Source: an uncultured Chloroflexia bacterium
GTDB taxonomy: Bacteria; Chloroflexota; Anaerolineae; CG2-30-64-16
NCBI GenBank assembly: GCA_963837925.1
Contig: CAWIPK010000006.1
Coordinates: 1,003,962 to 1,067,961, forward strand
DNA length: 64,000 bases
Direction: 5' to 3'
Under the pieces are notes generated by a model. It saw only the letters and a program-made list of their open reading frames with translations, had not been told where the DNA came from and did not search any database. Of the stretch, positions 36,034 through 44,692 are shown in pieces. Each line of letters starts with the position of its first letter. The first letter of the stretch is position 1. The translations under genes were made by a program, and so were the position numbers.

Positions 36034-36534
36034 TTAGCGTCCCTCTGGTTTGTCGTCGTCAGCCGGCAAGCTCAAGCGCAAGCGCTTGAGGATAGCAGGC
36101 AGACCGGCCCGTATCATGCTGTCCAGCAGGTCCGCCGTCCGCACGTACCCCTCGCGTGGGCCTCCAAATGGGTCGGAGATATCGCTGTTGCGCCCGGACA
36201 TTTCGGTGAGCAGGAACACCTTGCCGAGGTGCTGGGGAGCGAGATAGAAGAGCGAGCGACGGTGCGCCTCTTCCATCACAAGAATAATGTCGGCTTCTGC
36301 CAGGAGCTCGGCGCTCACGGGAAGCGAACGGTGGTCGTCGAGCGACACGTTGCGCTCTGCCAGCACGGCGACCGCCAGCCGGCTAGCGCCCTGGCCTTCC
36401 TGGGCGAAGACCCCGGCGGATTTCACCTCGACCTCCCCGGCCAGACCGAGGGTGGCCAGACGACCGCGCAGCAAGGCGGCGGCCATCGGGGAGCGACAAA
36501 TGTTGGCGGTGCAAACGATTAGGATGTGCTTCAC
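36034..36534 (-). CDS. Low-molecular-weight protein tyrosine phosphatase
   Basis: The translation starts MKHILIVCTANICRSPMAAALLRG…, which contains the C-X5-R P-loop, and has a conserved DP motif near …DISDPFGG…. Confidence 0.85.
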   Translation of the reverse strand: MKHILIVCTANICRSPMAAALLRGRLATLGLAGEVEVKSAGVFAQEGQGASRLAVAVLAERNVSLDDHRSLPVSAELLAEADIILVMEEAHRRSLFYLAPQHLGKVFLLTEMSGRNSDISDPFGGPREGYVRTADLLDSMIRAGLPAILKRLRLSLPADDDKPEGR

Positions 36535-36553
36535 GGGGCCTTCTCATCTGGTC

Positions 36554-36600
36554 CTGGCGAGAAGAGACCGGGTTCCAGTCTCTGGGGAGGCGTGGGGAAC
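36554..36600. terminator. Perfect 14-bp inverted repeat hairpin downstream of hpf
   Basis: AGAGACCGGGTTCC-(19-nt loop)-GGAACCCGGTCTCT, read directly from the sequence. Confidence 0.45.
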
Positions 36601-36686
36601 CCGGTCTCTGTAGAGCCAACGATCGCTGCAGTGGGAGAGGGGCTCTAAGACCGGCCGAGCGAACTGCGCCGCGGCCGGCTGCCGGT

Positions 36687-37241
36687 TCAGTCCGTTTCCG
36701 GCTGGATCAGCCCGTAATCGCCGCTGCGTCGCCGGTAAACCACGTTGATCTGATTCTGGTTGAGATTAAAGAACACGTAGAAGTCGTGCCCCAGGAGTTC
36801 CATCTGGTCGACGGCCTCTTCCTCATCCATCGGGATCATCGCAAAACGCTTCACGCGGGAGATGCGTGACTCTTCTTCGCCTTCCTCTTCTTCTACCGCC
36901 TCGAGATTGGCCCCTGGAGCCTCTCCATTGCCGCCGATTCGCTTGTTCCAGCGTTTACCTTTGTAGTGGTCGATCTGCCGTTGCATTTTGTCGAGCACGG
37001 CGTCGATCGAGGCGAACATATCGGACGAGGCCTCTTCTGCTCGTAGGATAGCCTGTTTGGTGCGCAAGGTTACCTGGGCCACCTGGCGGTCTTTCGCAGC
37101 TCGGGTATTCTCCACAGAGAGTTCCACTCGGGCATCGGTGATGGTCGGCAGGTAACGGTCGAGCCGGCCGACCTTTTTCTCTACGTACTGCTGCAGCGAG
37201 TCAGTGACTTCGAGATTCTTGCCCGTAACTGTGAGTTGCAT
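36687..37241 (-). CDS. hpf: Ribosome hibernation promoting factor, long form
   Basis: The translation starts MQLTVTGKNLEVTDSLQQYVEKKVGRLDRYL… and carries the C-terminal dimerisation domain of long HPFs. Length is 184 aa. Confidence 0.9.
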   Translation of the reverse strand: MQLTVTGKNLEVTDSLQQYVEKKVGRLDRYLPTITDARVELSVENTRAAKDRQVAQVTLRTKQAILRAEEASSDMFASIDAVLDKMQRQIDHYKGKRWNKRIGGNGEAPGANLEAVEEEEGEEESRISRVKRFAMIPMDEEEAVDQMELLGHDFYVFFNLNQNQINVVYRRRSGDYGLIQPETD

Positions 37242-37401
37242 GGCTGCGTCTCCTTTCGACGATGTGGGTTCGATCTCCGCCCACTCTATCCTGTGTCATT
37301 CTAGCGTTCAGGGTATCAAAAGTCAACCGCTTTTCCTGGCAGTCGGCTTCCGAAGCCACGAGATCCTGATGTAGTCCGCCCTGCTCGGCCCGACTATCGG
37401 G

Positions 37402-38184
37402 CTAGGTGAGATCGATGCCATCCGGGCCGTTGCCCCAGACGCGGCGGGCCACGGTGAACCCTTGCACGTGCGTTGCGCCGGCCGCTCGTAGGGTCGCCGC
37501 GCAGGCCTCCAGGGTGGCGCCGGTGGTGCAGACATCATCTACCAGGACGACGGCGAGCGCCGGCAGGTTCCGGTGGCAGACGAAGGCGCCGCTGACGTTC
37601 TCTCTCCGTTCGCGGCGATTGAGGTGTGTCTGCGGGTGGGTGGCCCGCTCGCGTACTAACAGGTCTTCTGCCACCGCTACTCCAACCACCTTGCCCAGGC
37701 CGGCTGCCAGCAGCGCAGACTGATTGTAGCCGCGCTCGGAGATACGGCTGACGTGCAGTGGAACGGGGACGATCAGGTCGGCCGAAAGGCCGGCGCTGTG
37801 CCAGGCGGTGATCAGTCGCGCTGTCAGGGGCGCGACCAGGGCGCGGCGGTTCCGGTACTTGAACTCGTGGATCGCGCCGCGCAGGGGAGGCGCAAAGGCG
37901 GCACTGGAGAGGACACCGTCGAGGGCCGATGGCGTGCGGCGGCAGACAGAACAAAGCCCGTAGGGGACACCCGGACGACCACAGCGCGTGCAGGCCGGCT
38001 GCTCGAGGGACACGACTCGCTCCTGGCAAGCATCGCAGAACAGGGCGCCCAGGCGGCCGCATCCGGCACAGCGCGGCGGATAGACCAAATCCAGTAAGGC
38101 ACGCCCGGCCTGCCGGAGCCGGGCCGGCCAGAGGGTGGCGTTCAGCGTGCTCCGATCAGTCCTTGCACTGTCGTCACGATCCAC
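37402..38184 (-). CDS. comF: ComF family protein (double zinc-ribbon + phosphoribosyltransferase fold)
   Basis: The translation has …PPRCAGCGRLGALFCDACQERV…CTRCGRPG… and a PRTase motif …VVLVDDVCTTGATLEA… The track start is GTG at 38184. The true start is probably a downstream TTG/CTG (about 38140), which would clear the small pilin-like ORF. Confidence 0.7.
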   Translation of the reverse strand: MDRDDSARTDRSTLNATLWPARLRQAGRALLDLVYPPRCAGCGRLGALFCDACQERVVSLEQPACTRCGRPGVPYGLCSVCRRTPSALDGVLSSAAFAPPLRGAIHEFKYRNRRALVAPLTARLITAWHSAGLSADLIVPVPLHVSRISERGYNQSALLAAGLGKVVGVAVAEDLLVRERATHPQTHLNRRERRENVSGAFVCHRNLPALAVVLVDDVCTTGATLEACAATLRAAGATHVQGFTVARRVWGNGPDGIDLT

Positions 38185-38294
38185 ATGCGGAGGTCATCGC
38201 CGACGATCAGCAAGATCGCCAGGACGACAATAGCGATCAGAACTATGATGAGCGCCAACTCGATCAGGCTAGCGCTTGAACCTTGGTTATGCAT
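38142..38294 (-). CDS. Unannotated small ORF (50 aa) resembling a Flp/Fap-family type IVb prepilin
   Basis: An ATG lies 13 nt after GAGGAGG. The translation is MHNQGSSASLIELALIIVLIAIVVLAILLIVGDDLRMWIVTTVQGLIGAR: a short polar leader, then G-x4-E(L/Y) followed by a ~22-aa hydrophobic helix, the Flp pattern G/xxxxEY. It is absent from the ORF track because it is under 60 aa. Coordinates are approximate. Confidence 0.4.
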   Translation of the reverse strand: MHNQGSSASLIELALIIVLIAIVVLAILLIVGDDLRMWIVTTVQGLIGAR

Positions 38295-38528
38295 TGCGTG
38301 TGCGGGGCCTCCTCACGCGATCACGGGGTTGACAAAGCGTAGCAAGCCTTCTCAGTCAGGTGTGGCTGATTCTAGCACACTATGCCGGTGCCGACAAAGC
38401 GAGGCGGTGTCGAGGAGTTGGCTCGGTGGCCGGCCAGGCCGAAGGGATTGCCGGACTGCGGGGTTGGCATGTATAATCAGCCTGTTCGTGAACCGAACCA
38501 GCTTTCTGGCGCTAGGGAGGCGTTTGTC

Positions 38529-39233
38529 ATGCGGCCTGTTGCACGGCTTACTGAATTGAACAAAGTAGACCAGGTGGTGGATTTGCTCAAAGCCCGCCTG
38601 GCCGACATTGCGGAGGGCTTGAGGGAGCCGGCTGCACTACGCTCCGCCCGGGCGGCCCTGGCCGAGGCTGAAGCCGAAGTCGCCGCCCTGCACATTCGCT
38701 TACAGGATTGCGAGCTGCGCCAGAAAACGGCAGAGGCGAAACTGGCGCGTGATGAGAAGCGTCTGTACGGGGGCAAGGTTCAGGCCCCAAAGGAGCTCCA
38801 GGATCTGCAGGCCGAGGTGGGACAATCACGCCGGCAGCGGAGCCAGGCCGAGGACGAGTTGTTGGAGGTCATGGTCGCCGCCGAGGCGGCCGAGGAGAAG
38901 CGGGCAGCGGCCCAAACGACGCTCGATGCCCTGGATGCGGAGTGGCAAGCCCGCCAGGTTGAGCTGCGGGCAGAGGGAGCCAAGCTGAAGAAACGCCTGG
39001 AGACCGAGACGGCTCGCCAGGCGGCAACGCGCGCGCGGGCGCCGGCCCAACTCCTACCCATGTATGACACCCTCCGGGCGCGCAAGAACGGCCGGGCGGT
39101 GGCCACATTGCTCGACAACGAGGTCTGCAGCGAGTGCAAAGTCGCGGTGTCGCCGACGAAGGCTGTTGCCTTGCGAGACGGTGACGAGCTCGTATATTGC
39201 GAGAACTGCGGCCGGTTGCTCTTCGGCGAATGA
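38529..39233 (+). CDS. Zinc-ribbon domain protein (COG1579/zf-RING_7-like) with a long coiled coil
   Basis: The start is probably MRPVARLTELNKVDQ… (38529). The protein is coiled-coil rich and its C-terminus reads …VCSECKVAVSPTKAVALRDGDELVYCENCGRLLF. Confidence 0.65.
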   Translation: MRPVARLTELNKVDQVVDLLKARLADIAEGLREPAALRSARAALAEAEAEVAALHIRLQDCELRQKTAEAKLARDEKRLYGGKVQAPKELQDLQAEVGQSRRQRSQAEDELLEVMVAAEAAEEKRAAAQTTLDALDAEWQARQVELRAEGAKLKKRLETETARQAATRARAPAQLLPMYDTLRARKNGRAVATLLDNEVCSECKVAVSPTKAVALRDGDELVYCENCGRLLFGE

Positions 39234-39313
39234 TCCTCAACCGGCACGCCCGATCAGGTAAGAGCAGCGTGCAGGCAGCCGGCCTCCGGCTGTCTGCATA
39301 GCACCTCAGGCCC

Positions 39314-39586
39314 TCATAGCCCAACCTGGCGGAACAGCGACTGCACGATCTGCAGCAGGAACAAAGCAACGATCGGCGACAGGTCGAGGCCGCCCATGTT
39401 CGGCATCAGCCGGCGGATCGGATCCAGGATGGGCGCCACAATGCTGTGCACCGCGCTCAAGATTTCGAACACCCAGTTAGGCAGGCGCAACCGGGCCACC
39501 ACCAGCCAGCTTCCGATCACATCGACCAGTATCAAAACATATAGAATAGTGAATACGCTGTCGATGATAGTGCCAATTAAGCTCAC
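39314..39586 (-). CDS. yggT: YggT family membrane protein
   Basis: A GTG start at 39586 overlaps the proC stop as GTGA, which implies translational coupling. The translation …LIGTIIDSVFTILYVLILVDVIGSWLVV… fits the YGGT family. Confidence 0.65.
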   Translation of the reverse strand: MSLIGTIIDSVFTILYVLILVDVIGSWLVVARLRLPNWVFEILSAVHSIVAPILDPIRRLMPNMGGLDLSPIVALFLLQIVQSLFRQVGL

Positions 39587-40407
39587 TTGTCTTCCATCTC
39601 CCCCAAGGCTTTTGATCTTTGATAGGCTGCCCACACCGCCTTGGAAATGACAGTGCGTAGGCCGCCCTTCTCCAACTGATACAGGGCCGCAGCGGAAGTC
39701 CCGCCGGGCGAAGTGACCCGATTGCGCAGTTCGGTCGGGTGGAGCCCCGTTTCGCGCGCCATTGCGGCAGCCCCCTCAATAGTCTGCACGACCAGTTCGG
39801 TCGCGACGCGGCGGCTGAAGCCCATGTGCACGCCAGCATCGATCAGCGCTTCCATGAACAGGAAGACGTAGGCCGGACCGGTGCCGCTCAGGGCAGTCGC
39901 CATGTCCAGGTAGCCCTCATCCCCGACGTAGATCTCCTTGCCCAGCGCGCCCAGGATCGCCTGGGCCTGCCGGCGAGCGTGTTCGTCCACGCGTCCGGTC
40001 GCCGTCCACACGGTCATTCCCAGCCCGATCTGTGCCGGCGTGTTCGGCATGGCGCGCACGATCGCTTCGGCGCCCAGGTCTCGTTGAATGATCTTGATAT
40101 TCATGCCGGCCACGATGCTGATCACGAGCGTCTCGGGCGCCAGACAGGCCTTGATCTCCGCCATGACCCGGGGCAAAATCTGCGGCTTTACGCTAAGAAT
40201 GACGATGCGCCCTTCTGCCGCGGCCCGCGAGTTGTCCGTCGTCGTGTGCACGCCATACCGACCATGCAGCTCCTGGCCGCGCTCGGCGCGCGGTCCGCTG
40301 GCGGTGATCTGGGACGGCTCGATCAACTTGTGAGCGACGATGCCTTTAACCATGGCCTCGGCCATGGCGCCGGAGCCAATGAAGCTCAGGGTAGTGCCGG
40401 TTAGCAT
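39583..40407 (-). CDS. proC: Pyrroline-5-carboxylate reductase
   Basis: The translation starts MLTGTTLSFIGSGAMAEAMVKGIV…, a Rossmann fold, and has …GGTSAAALYQLEKGGLRT… near the C-terminus. Confidence 0.9.
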   Translation of the reverse strand: MLTGTTLSFIGSGAMAEAMVKGIVAHKLIEPSQITASGPRAERGQELHGRYGVHTTTDNSRAAAEGRIVILSVKPQILPRVMAEIKACLAPETLVISIVAGMNIKIIQRDLGAEAIVRAMPNTPAQIGLGMTVWTATGRVDEHARRQAQAILGALGKEIYVGDEGYLDMATALSGTGPAYVFLFMEALIDAGVHMGFSRRVATELVVQTIEGAAAMARETGLHPTELRNRVTSPGGTSAAALYQLEKGGLRTVISKAVWAAYQRSKALGEMEDK

Positions 40408-40414
40408 GGGACTC

Positions 40415-41200
40415 CTACTTTATTTTGCAGGATGCGCGCTCGCCGAAAATGGCGCGCCCGATCCGCACGATAGTTGCGCCCTCTTCGATGGCAATCGCAA
40501 AATCGTCGCTCATGCCCATCGAAAGGTGACGCCAATCTGCCTCGGGGAAATGACCGGCCAGCTCAAACAGCAGGCCACGCAGCGCTGCGAACACGGGGCG
40601 CACCTCCTCCGGATCACCGGCCTGAGGCGCCACCGTCATCAGGCCTTGCAGTCGCAGCGCCGGCAAGCCCAGAATACTCTCGACCGCTGCAGGCAGGTCG
40701 GCCGGTGCAAAGCCGAACTTGCTCGCCTCCGCCGCAACGTTGACCTCGAGCAGGATCGGCAGGACACGGCCGCTCTCGGCGCAGAAGCTGCTGAGGCGGC
40801 GGGCGAGTTTCACGCTGTCCACCGAGTGCAGCAGTGCCGCCCACGGCAGCACCTGGCCGGCTTTCCGGCTCTGCAGATGGCCGATCATGTGCCACTCCGG
40901 CAGCACGGCCGCACTGCCCAGCCTTTCCCGCAGCCGGCTCTCAACCTCAATCGTCTTGGGCAGGGCCTCTTCGACCCGATTCTCGCCGAACGCATGCAGG
41001 CCGGCCTCGTAGGCCGCCACTACCGCTTCGGCAGGGTGCTCTTTGGTGACAGCCAGGAGAGTGACGTCGGCTGCCTGGCGCCCCGCACGCCCGGCGGCCG
41101 CGGCTATCTGCTCGCGCAGCGCGCCGATACGCTCGATTAGCTCGGGGCCGGAGAGCGCCTCGGCTCCTGTCGGAACACCTGCATCCATTAAGTTTGCCAT
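40415..41200 (-). CDS. yggS: YggS-family PLP homeostasis protein (PLPBP)
   Basis: The translation has …LLAVTKEHPAEAVVAAYEAGLHAFGENRVEEA…, an alanine-racemase-N-like single domain. Confidence 0.85.
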   Translation of the reverse strand: MANLMDAGVPTGAEALSGPELIERIGALREQIAAAAGRAGRQAADVTLLAVTKEHPAEAVVAAYEAGLHAFGENRVEEALPKTIEVESRLRERLGSAAVLPEWHMIGHLQSRKAGQVLPWAALLHSVDSVKLARRLSSFCAESGRVLPILLEVNVAAEASKFGFAPADLPAAVESILGLPALRLQGLMTVAPQAGDPEEVRPVFAALRGLLFELAGHFPEADWRHLSMGMSDDFAIAIEEGATIVRIGRAIFGERASCKIK

Positions 41201-41225
41201 AGTCGCGCACGCGGACCCAAATCGA

Positions 41226-42011
41226 TCACTCGCATAGCTCCATTATAGCCCCAAAGTGCCCGGTCCGCCCATGCTCAGCGCGGTGTGAGTAGAAGTCTGC
41301 CGTGTGGCAGGCCGTGCACAGCTCGGCCGTCTCGATCTGGCGCACCCCTTCCGCGCTAAGCCAGCGCCGGTTGGCGGCCCATAGGTCAAAATGGCGCCGG
41401 CCCGATGGGCGCCCGGGTAGCAAGTCTTCCGGCTGGGCGAAAGCCGTCCGCACCGCCGCTTCGACCTCGGCGCCGACTTCGTAGCAGCAGGGGCCGATGC
41501 TCGGTCCGATCGCCGCCAGCAGGTCCGCCGGGTGGCTACCGTAGGCCCGAGCCATTGCCGCGAGCGCGCTCTTGACGATTCCCTTCACCGTCCCGCGCCA
41601 ACCGCTGTGGATCACCGCGATCGCCCTGTGTAGCGGATCGTAGATCAGGACCGGGGTGCAGTCGGCATAGCGCAGCAGGAGCGGCACGCCCGGACAGTCG
41701 GTCATCAGTGCATCGTAACCGGCGCAAATACGGCCGCGGTCGCTCTCATCCACCCGGCACACGTTGGCTGTGTGGCGCTGATTGGGACTGACCACGTGCC
41801 CGCGCGGCACGCCGAGCGTCGCGCATACGCGGCGCATGTTTTCGTCGACGGCCGCCGGGTCGTCACCCAGACCGTTGCTGATATTGAGCGTGTGGTACGG
41901 GGCCGCGCTAACGCCGCCGTGACGGGTGGTCACCGCATGGCGCAGCTCGCTGAAAGCCTCCAGCGTCGGGAAGGTGTAGTAGGCCAGGCTGTCCGGTTGA
42001 TGACGATCCAA
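41226..42011 (-). CDS. pgeF: Peptidoglycan editing factor / purine nucleoside phosphorylase YfiH family
   Basis: The translation has …LNISNGLGDDPAAV… and …AVIHSGWRGTVKGIV… with the conserved H/C/H zinc-site residues. Confidence 0.85.
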   Translation of the reverse strand: MDRHQPDSLAYYTFPTLEAFSELRHAVTTRHGGVSAAPYHTLNISNGLGDDPAAVDENMRRVCATLGVPRGHVVSPNQRHTANVCRVDESDRGRICAGYDALMTDCPGVPLLLRYADCTPVLIYDPLHRAIAVIHSGWRGTVKGIVKSALAAMARAYGSHPADLLAAIGPSIGPCCYEVGAEVEAAVRTAFAQPEDLLPGRPSGRRHFDLWAANRRWLSAEGVRQIETAELCTACHTADFYSHRAEHGRTGHFGAIMELCE

Positions 42012-42101
42012 GAGAACCTCGATGAAATGCCTGTGCAGTGCGCTCCGGCAGGCAACCGGCGCCGTGAACCCACCGCGGGAGGCCTCGCGGGGCGGACGTT
42101 G

Positions 42102-43808
42102 TCAGGACGGCGATTCGCATTCATCCGCCGCAACGGACGCACCATCCTGAGCGCGCAGGCTGAAATCGCAAATCGACCAGGGCAGGAAGTCGCCGCGAGC
42201 ACGTTCACCGACGAAATCTGCAGCCTGAAGGCCATGACGGGCCAGGGCATCATGGAAAGCCCGGATGCTGTGCTCGGGCATGTCGAGCAGGACCGGGGCC
42301 AGCCGCCGGTCGCCGCGTGCCAACACTGCCTGCACCTCGGCCCAGCCGGGCGAGTCAGCGTGCACGGCCACCTGGTGTCTACCCAGTGCGCGTTTGAGCG
42401 AGTTCTGCCGGGCTTGCATGGTCCTGACCGGGGTCATGGCCACCCGTTCGAAAGATGTGTGGGCTTTGGGCACGAACGGCGTCGCGTTGATGGCGATGTT
42501 GCGCCGGAACAGCGACTTGGCCCGCAGGGTCAGGTCGACGATGGCCTGAATATCTTCATCGGTCTCGCCAGGATGGCCGATCATGAAGTACAGCTTGAGC
42601 TGCGGAAATGCCAGGCTCTGCGCCAGCTCAACCGCGCCCAACAGATCGTCGTCGCTCTGGCGCTTATTGATGAACTGGCGCAGGCGCTGGCTGCCGGCCT
42701 CGGGGGCGATGGTCAACGTCTGGGTGCCGCTCGCGGCCATGGCCCTGACGAGGGGCACGCTGATCGGGTCCGTCCGCATGGAGCTGACGCTGATGCGCGC
42801 CCCCATCGACTGCAGCTCGTCCGCCAGCTGGTCGATGTGGCTATGGTCGGACACCGCCGCCGATACCAGCCCGATACCCAATCCGTCCGTCCCACTATCG
42901 CCGCCGGTCGCCGGCCGGTCAGCGCGCCGCCGTCCTGCTGCGCCACTCCCGGACTTGCCCGTCAGCCGAGCGCCGGCAAAGGACGAGGAGGCCAGCGCCC
43001 CTCGCGCCCAGCCCAGGATGCGTTCCAGGGGCTGTTCGCGTGCCGGCCGATAGGCCGCGCCCGCCAGGCAGAAGCGGCAACCTCTCCCGCAGCCGCGTGC
43101 GATCTCTATCAGGTGCATGCCGCCGAATTCAGTATCCGGGGTATACAGGCTGGAGACTGGTTCGAGGCGTTCGACGTCCTTGACCCATAGCCGGCGCACC
43201 CGGCGTCCGCCGTTGGCGGGCAGGACGAGAGAGGGCACGTAGAAGCCGGGCAGCGCGTCCAATGCCTCCAACAGGCGCGCGCGGGGTTCTTCCCGGCCCT
43301 CATACAGTAGCGCGGCGAGCGGCTCCACGATCTCCTCGGCCTCGCCGATGATCATCGCGTCAAAAAACGGTGCCAGGGGTTCGGGGTTCATCGTAATCCC
43401 CGGCCCACCGGCGATCAAGAGCGGCCAAGCTTGCTCCGCGCGACGGTCGCGGGCAAGCGGAGGCATCCCTGCCTGCTTGAGCATCGCCACGAGGTTGAAA
43501 TAGTCCATCTCATACGAGACGGTGAAGGCCCAGACATCGAAGGCCGCCAGGTCGGTGCCCGATTCGAGTGAGAGCAGCGGCACATCGGCAGCCGCGCCCG
43601 CCTGGTCCCAGAAGGCGCGCTCGCAAACCACGTCGGGAAGGCGGTTGAAGGCACGATACAGGATCTGCAGGGCCAGGCTGGACATACCGACATAGTATGT
43701 ATTTGGGAAAGCCAGGGCGATCCGCAGCTTGCCTCCATGATCTTTGTAGACCGTCCCGGTCTCGCGGTTCAGCACGTCCCGGCCGGCCGCGATCTGTTTC
43801 CACGTCAA
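42102..43808 (-). CDS. Radical SAM protein with an N-terminal B12-binding-like domain (TIGR03960-like)
   Basis: The translation has …IEIARGCGRGCRFCLAG…, a CxxxCxxC cluster motif, and an N-terminal …KLRIALAFPNTYYVGMSSLALQILY…. Confidence 0.75.
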   Translation of the reverse strand: MTWKQIAAGRDVLNRETGTVYKDHGGKLRIALAFPNTYYVGMSSLALQILYRAFNRLPDVVCERAFWDQAGAAADVPLLSLESGTDLAAFDVWAFTVSYEMDYFNLVAMLKQAGMPPLARDRRAEQAWPLLIAGGPGITMNPEPLAPFFDAMIIGEAEEIVEPLAALLYEGREEPRARLLEALDALPGFYVPSLVLPANGGRRVRRLWVKDVERLEPVSSLYTPDTEFGGMHLIEIARGCGRGCRFCLAGAAYRPAREQPLERILGWARGALASSSFAGARLTGKSGSGAAGRRRADRPATGGDSGTDGLGIGLVSAAVSDHSHIDQLADELQSMGARISVSSMRTDPISVPLVRAMAASGTQTLTIAPEAGSQRLRQFINKRQSDDDLLGAVELAQSLAFPQLKLYFMIGHPGETDEDIQAIVDLTLRAKSLFRRNIAINATPFVPKAHTSFERVAMTPVRTMQARQNSLKRALGRHQVAVHADSPGWAEVQAVLARGDRRLAPVLLDMPEHSIRAFHDALARHGLQAADFVGERARGDFLPWSICDFSLRAQDGASVAADECESPS

Positions 43809-44473
43809 GGTAACTTAACTCTCCAAACTTCCAGTTGCCGGCGCCAGGCGTCCGGGAACCAGCCCAAGTCCTCGAGCGTCGTGACCACCATCGAGCTGGC
43901 CTCGCGCACCGCATACCACACTCTCAAGGGCAGGTAGATCCGGTTTGTCTCGGTGCTGGTCGGGCTCGTCACAACCTGCACGCCCGCGTTCCTAAAGTAC
44001 CAGCGAGCCCGGAAAACGTGCAGCGGATGGCTAACCAGGATCGCCTGTTTCCAGCCGTTTTCGGCCATCACCGCTGCGGCCGCCCGAGCGTCTTCGGCGG
44101 TATTGGCCGTCCCGTCGGCGAGAAACACGCGCTCCGGTGGCACTCCCTGTGCCACGGCATTCTTGCGACAGACCGCCGCGGCCGAGAGGCGCTCGTTCTT
44201 GAACCCACCGCTGCAAATGATAGACGGCGCGTAACCCTCGCGCCAGAGCGCCACCGCGTGCCCGGTACGGTTGACCAGGTCAGAGCCCGGCTGTCCATCA
44301 GGCTCAACCCGTGCCCCCAGAACCACGATCACGTCGGCCGAACGGACGTCGTCCTGCTGGCCGAGACGATCGACCTGCCACGCCAGCAGGGCGAGGCCGG
44401 CTATGCTGCACAGGGCAGTCCCGGCCAGGAGCATAGCCGCGCCGCGCACCAGGCGCCGAAACAAGCGCTTCAT
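43805..44473 (-). CDS. DUF218 (YdcF/SanA/ElyC-like) domain protein with an N-terminal TM anchor
   Basis: The ATG is at 44473 (MKRLFRRLVRGAAMLLAGTALCSIAGLALLAW). The DUF218 core reads …VIVVLGARVEPDG…IICSGG…VSHPLHVFRA… The 5' extension in the track is rejected. Confidence 0.65.
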   Translation of the reverse strand: MKRLFRRLVRGAAMLLAGTALCSIAGLALLAWQVDRLGQQDDVRSADVIVVLGARVEPDGQPGSDLVNRTGHAVALWREGYAPSIICSGGFKNERLSAAAVCRKNAVAQGVPPERVFLADGTANTAEDARAAAAVMAENGWKQAILVSHPLHVFRARWYFRNAGVQVVTSPTSTETNRIYLPLRVWYAVREASSMVVTTLEDLGWFPDAWRRQLEVWRVKLP

Positions 44474-44692
44474 GGAGAGGAAGTATAACACAGGCAGCGA
44501 ATTCGATCCTAGGGGCAACGCAAGAACCACCCTGATTTTCCGGTAATTGGGGGACAAATTGAGCCTGAACCTACACAAATACCGGCCAGCGGGGGTCAAT
44601 GTTTGCGCCAGATTCAGGCTCAATGCCTGTGGCCTCGGAACGCAGTACCTCCGACAGATTACGGCTAAGGAGCGCGTCTGAAACGTGCGGCC

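Noticed and set aside
41772-43190. 472-aa plus-strand ORF
   Set aside because: It is antisense to the pgeF 5' end and the radical SAM gene. The rSAM frame contains a CxxxCxxC motif and the plus frame has no recognisable features.
44559-44623. Terminator downstream of nrdJ
   Set aside because: An 11-bp inverted repeat (TTGAGCCTGAA/TTCAGGCTCAA) exists, but it has a 43-nt loop and no U-tract. That is too weak to call a terminator, though it may be part of a larger 3' structure.
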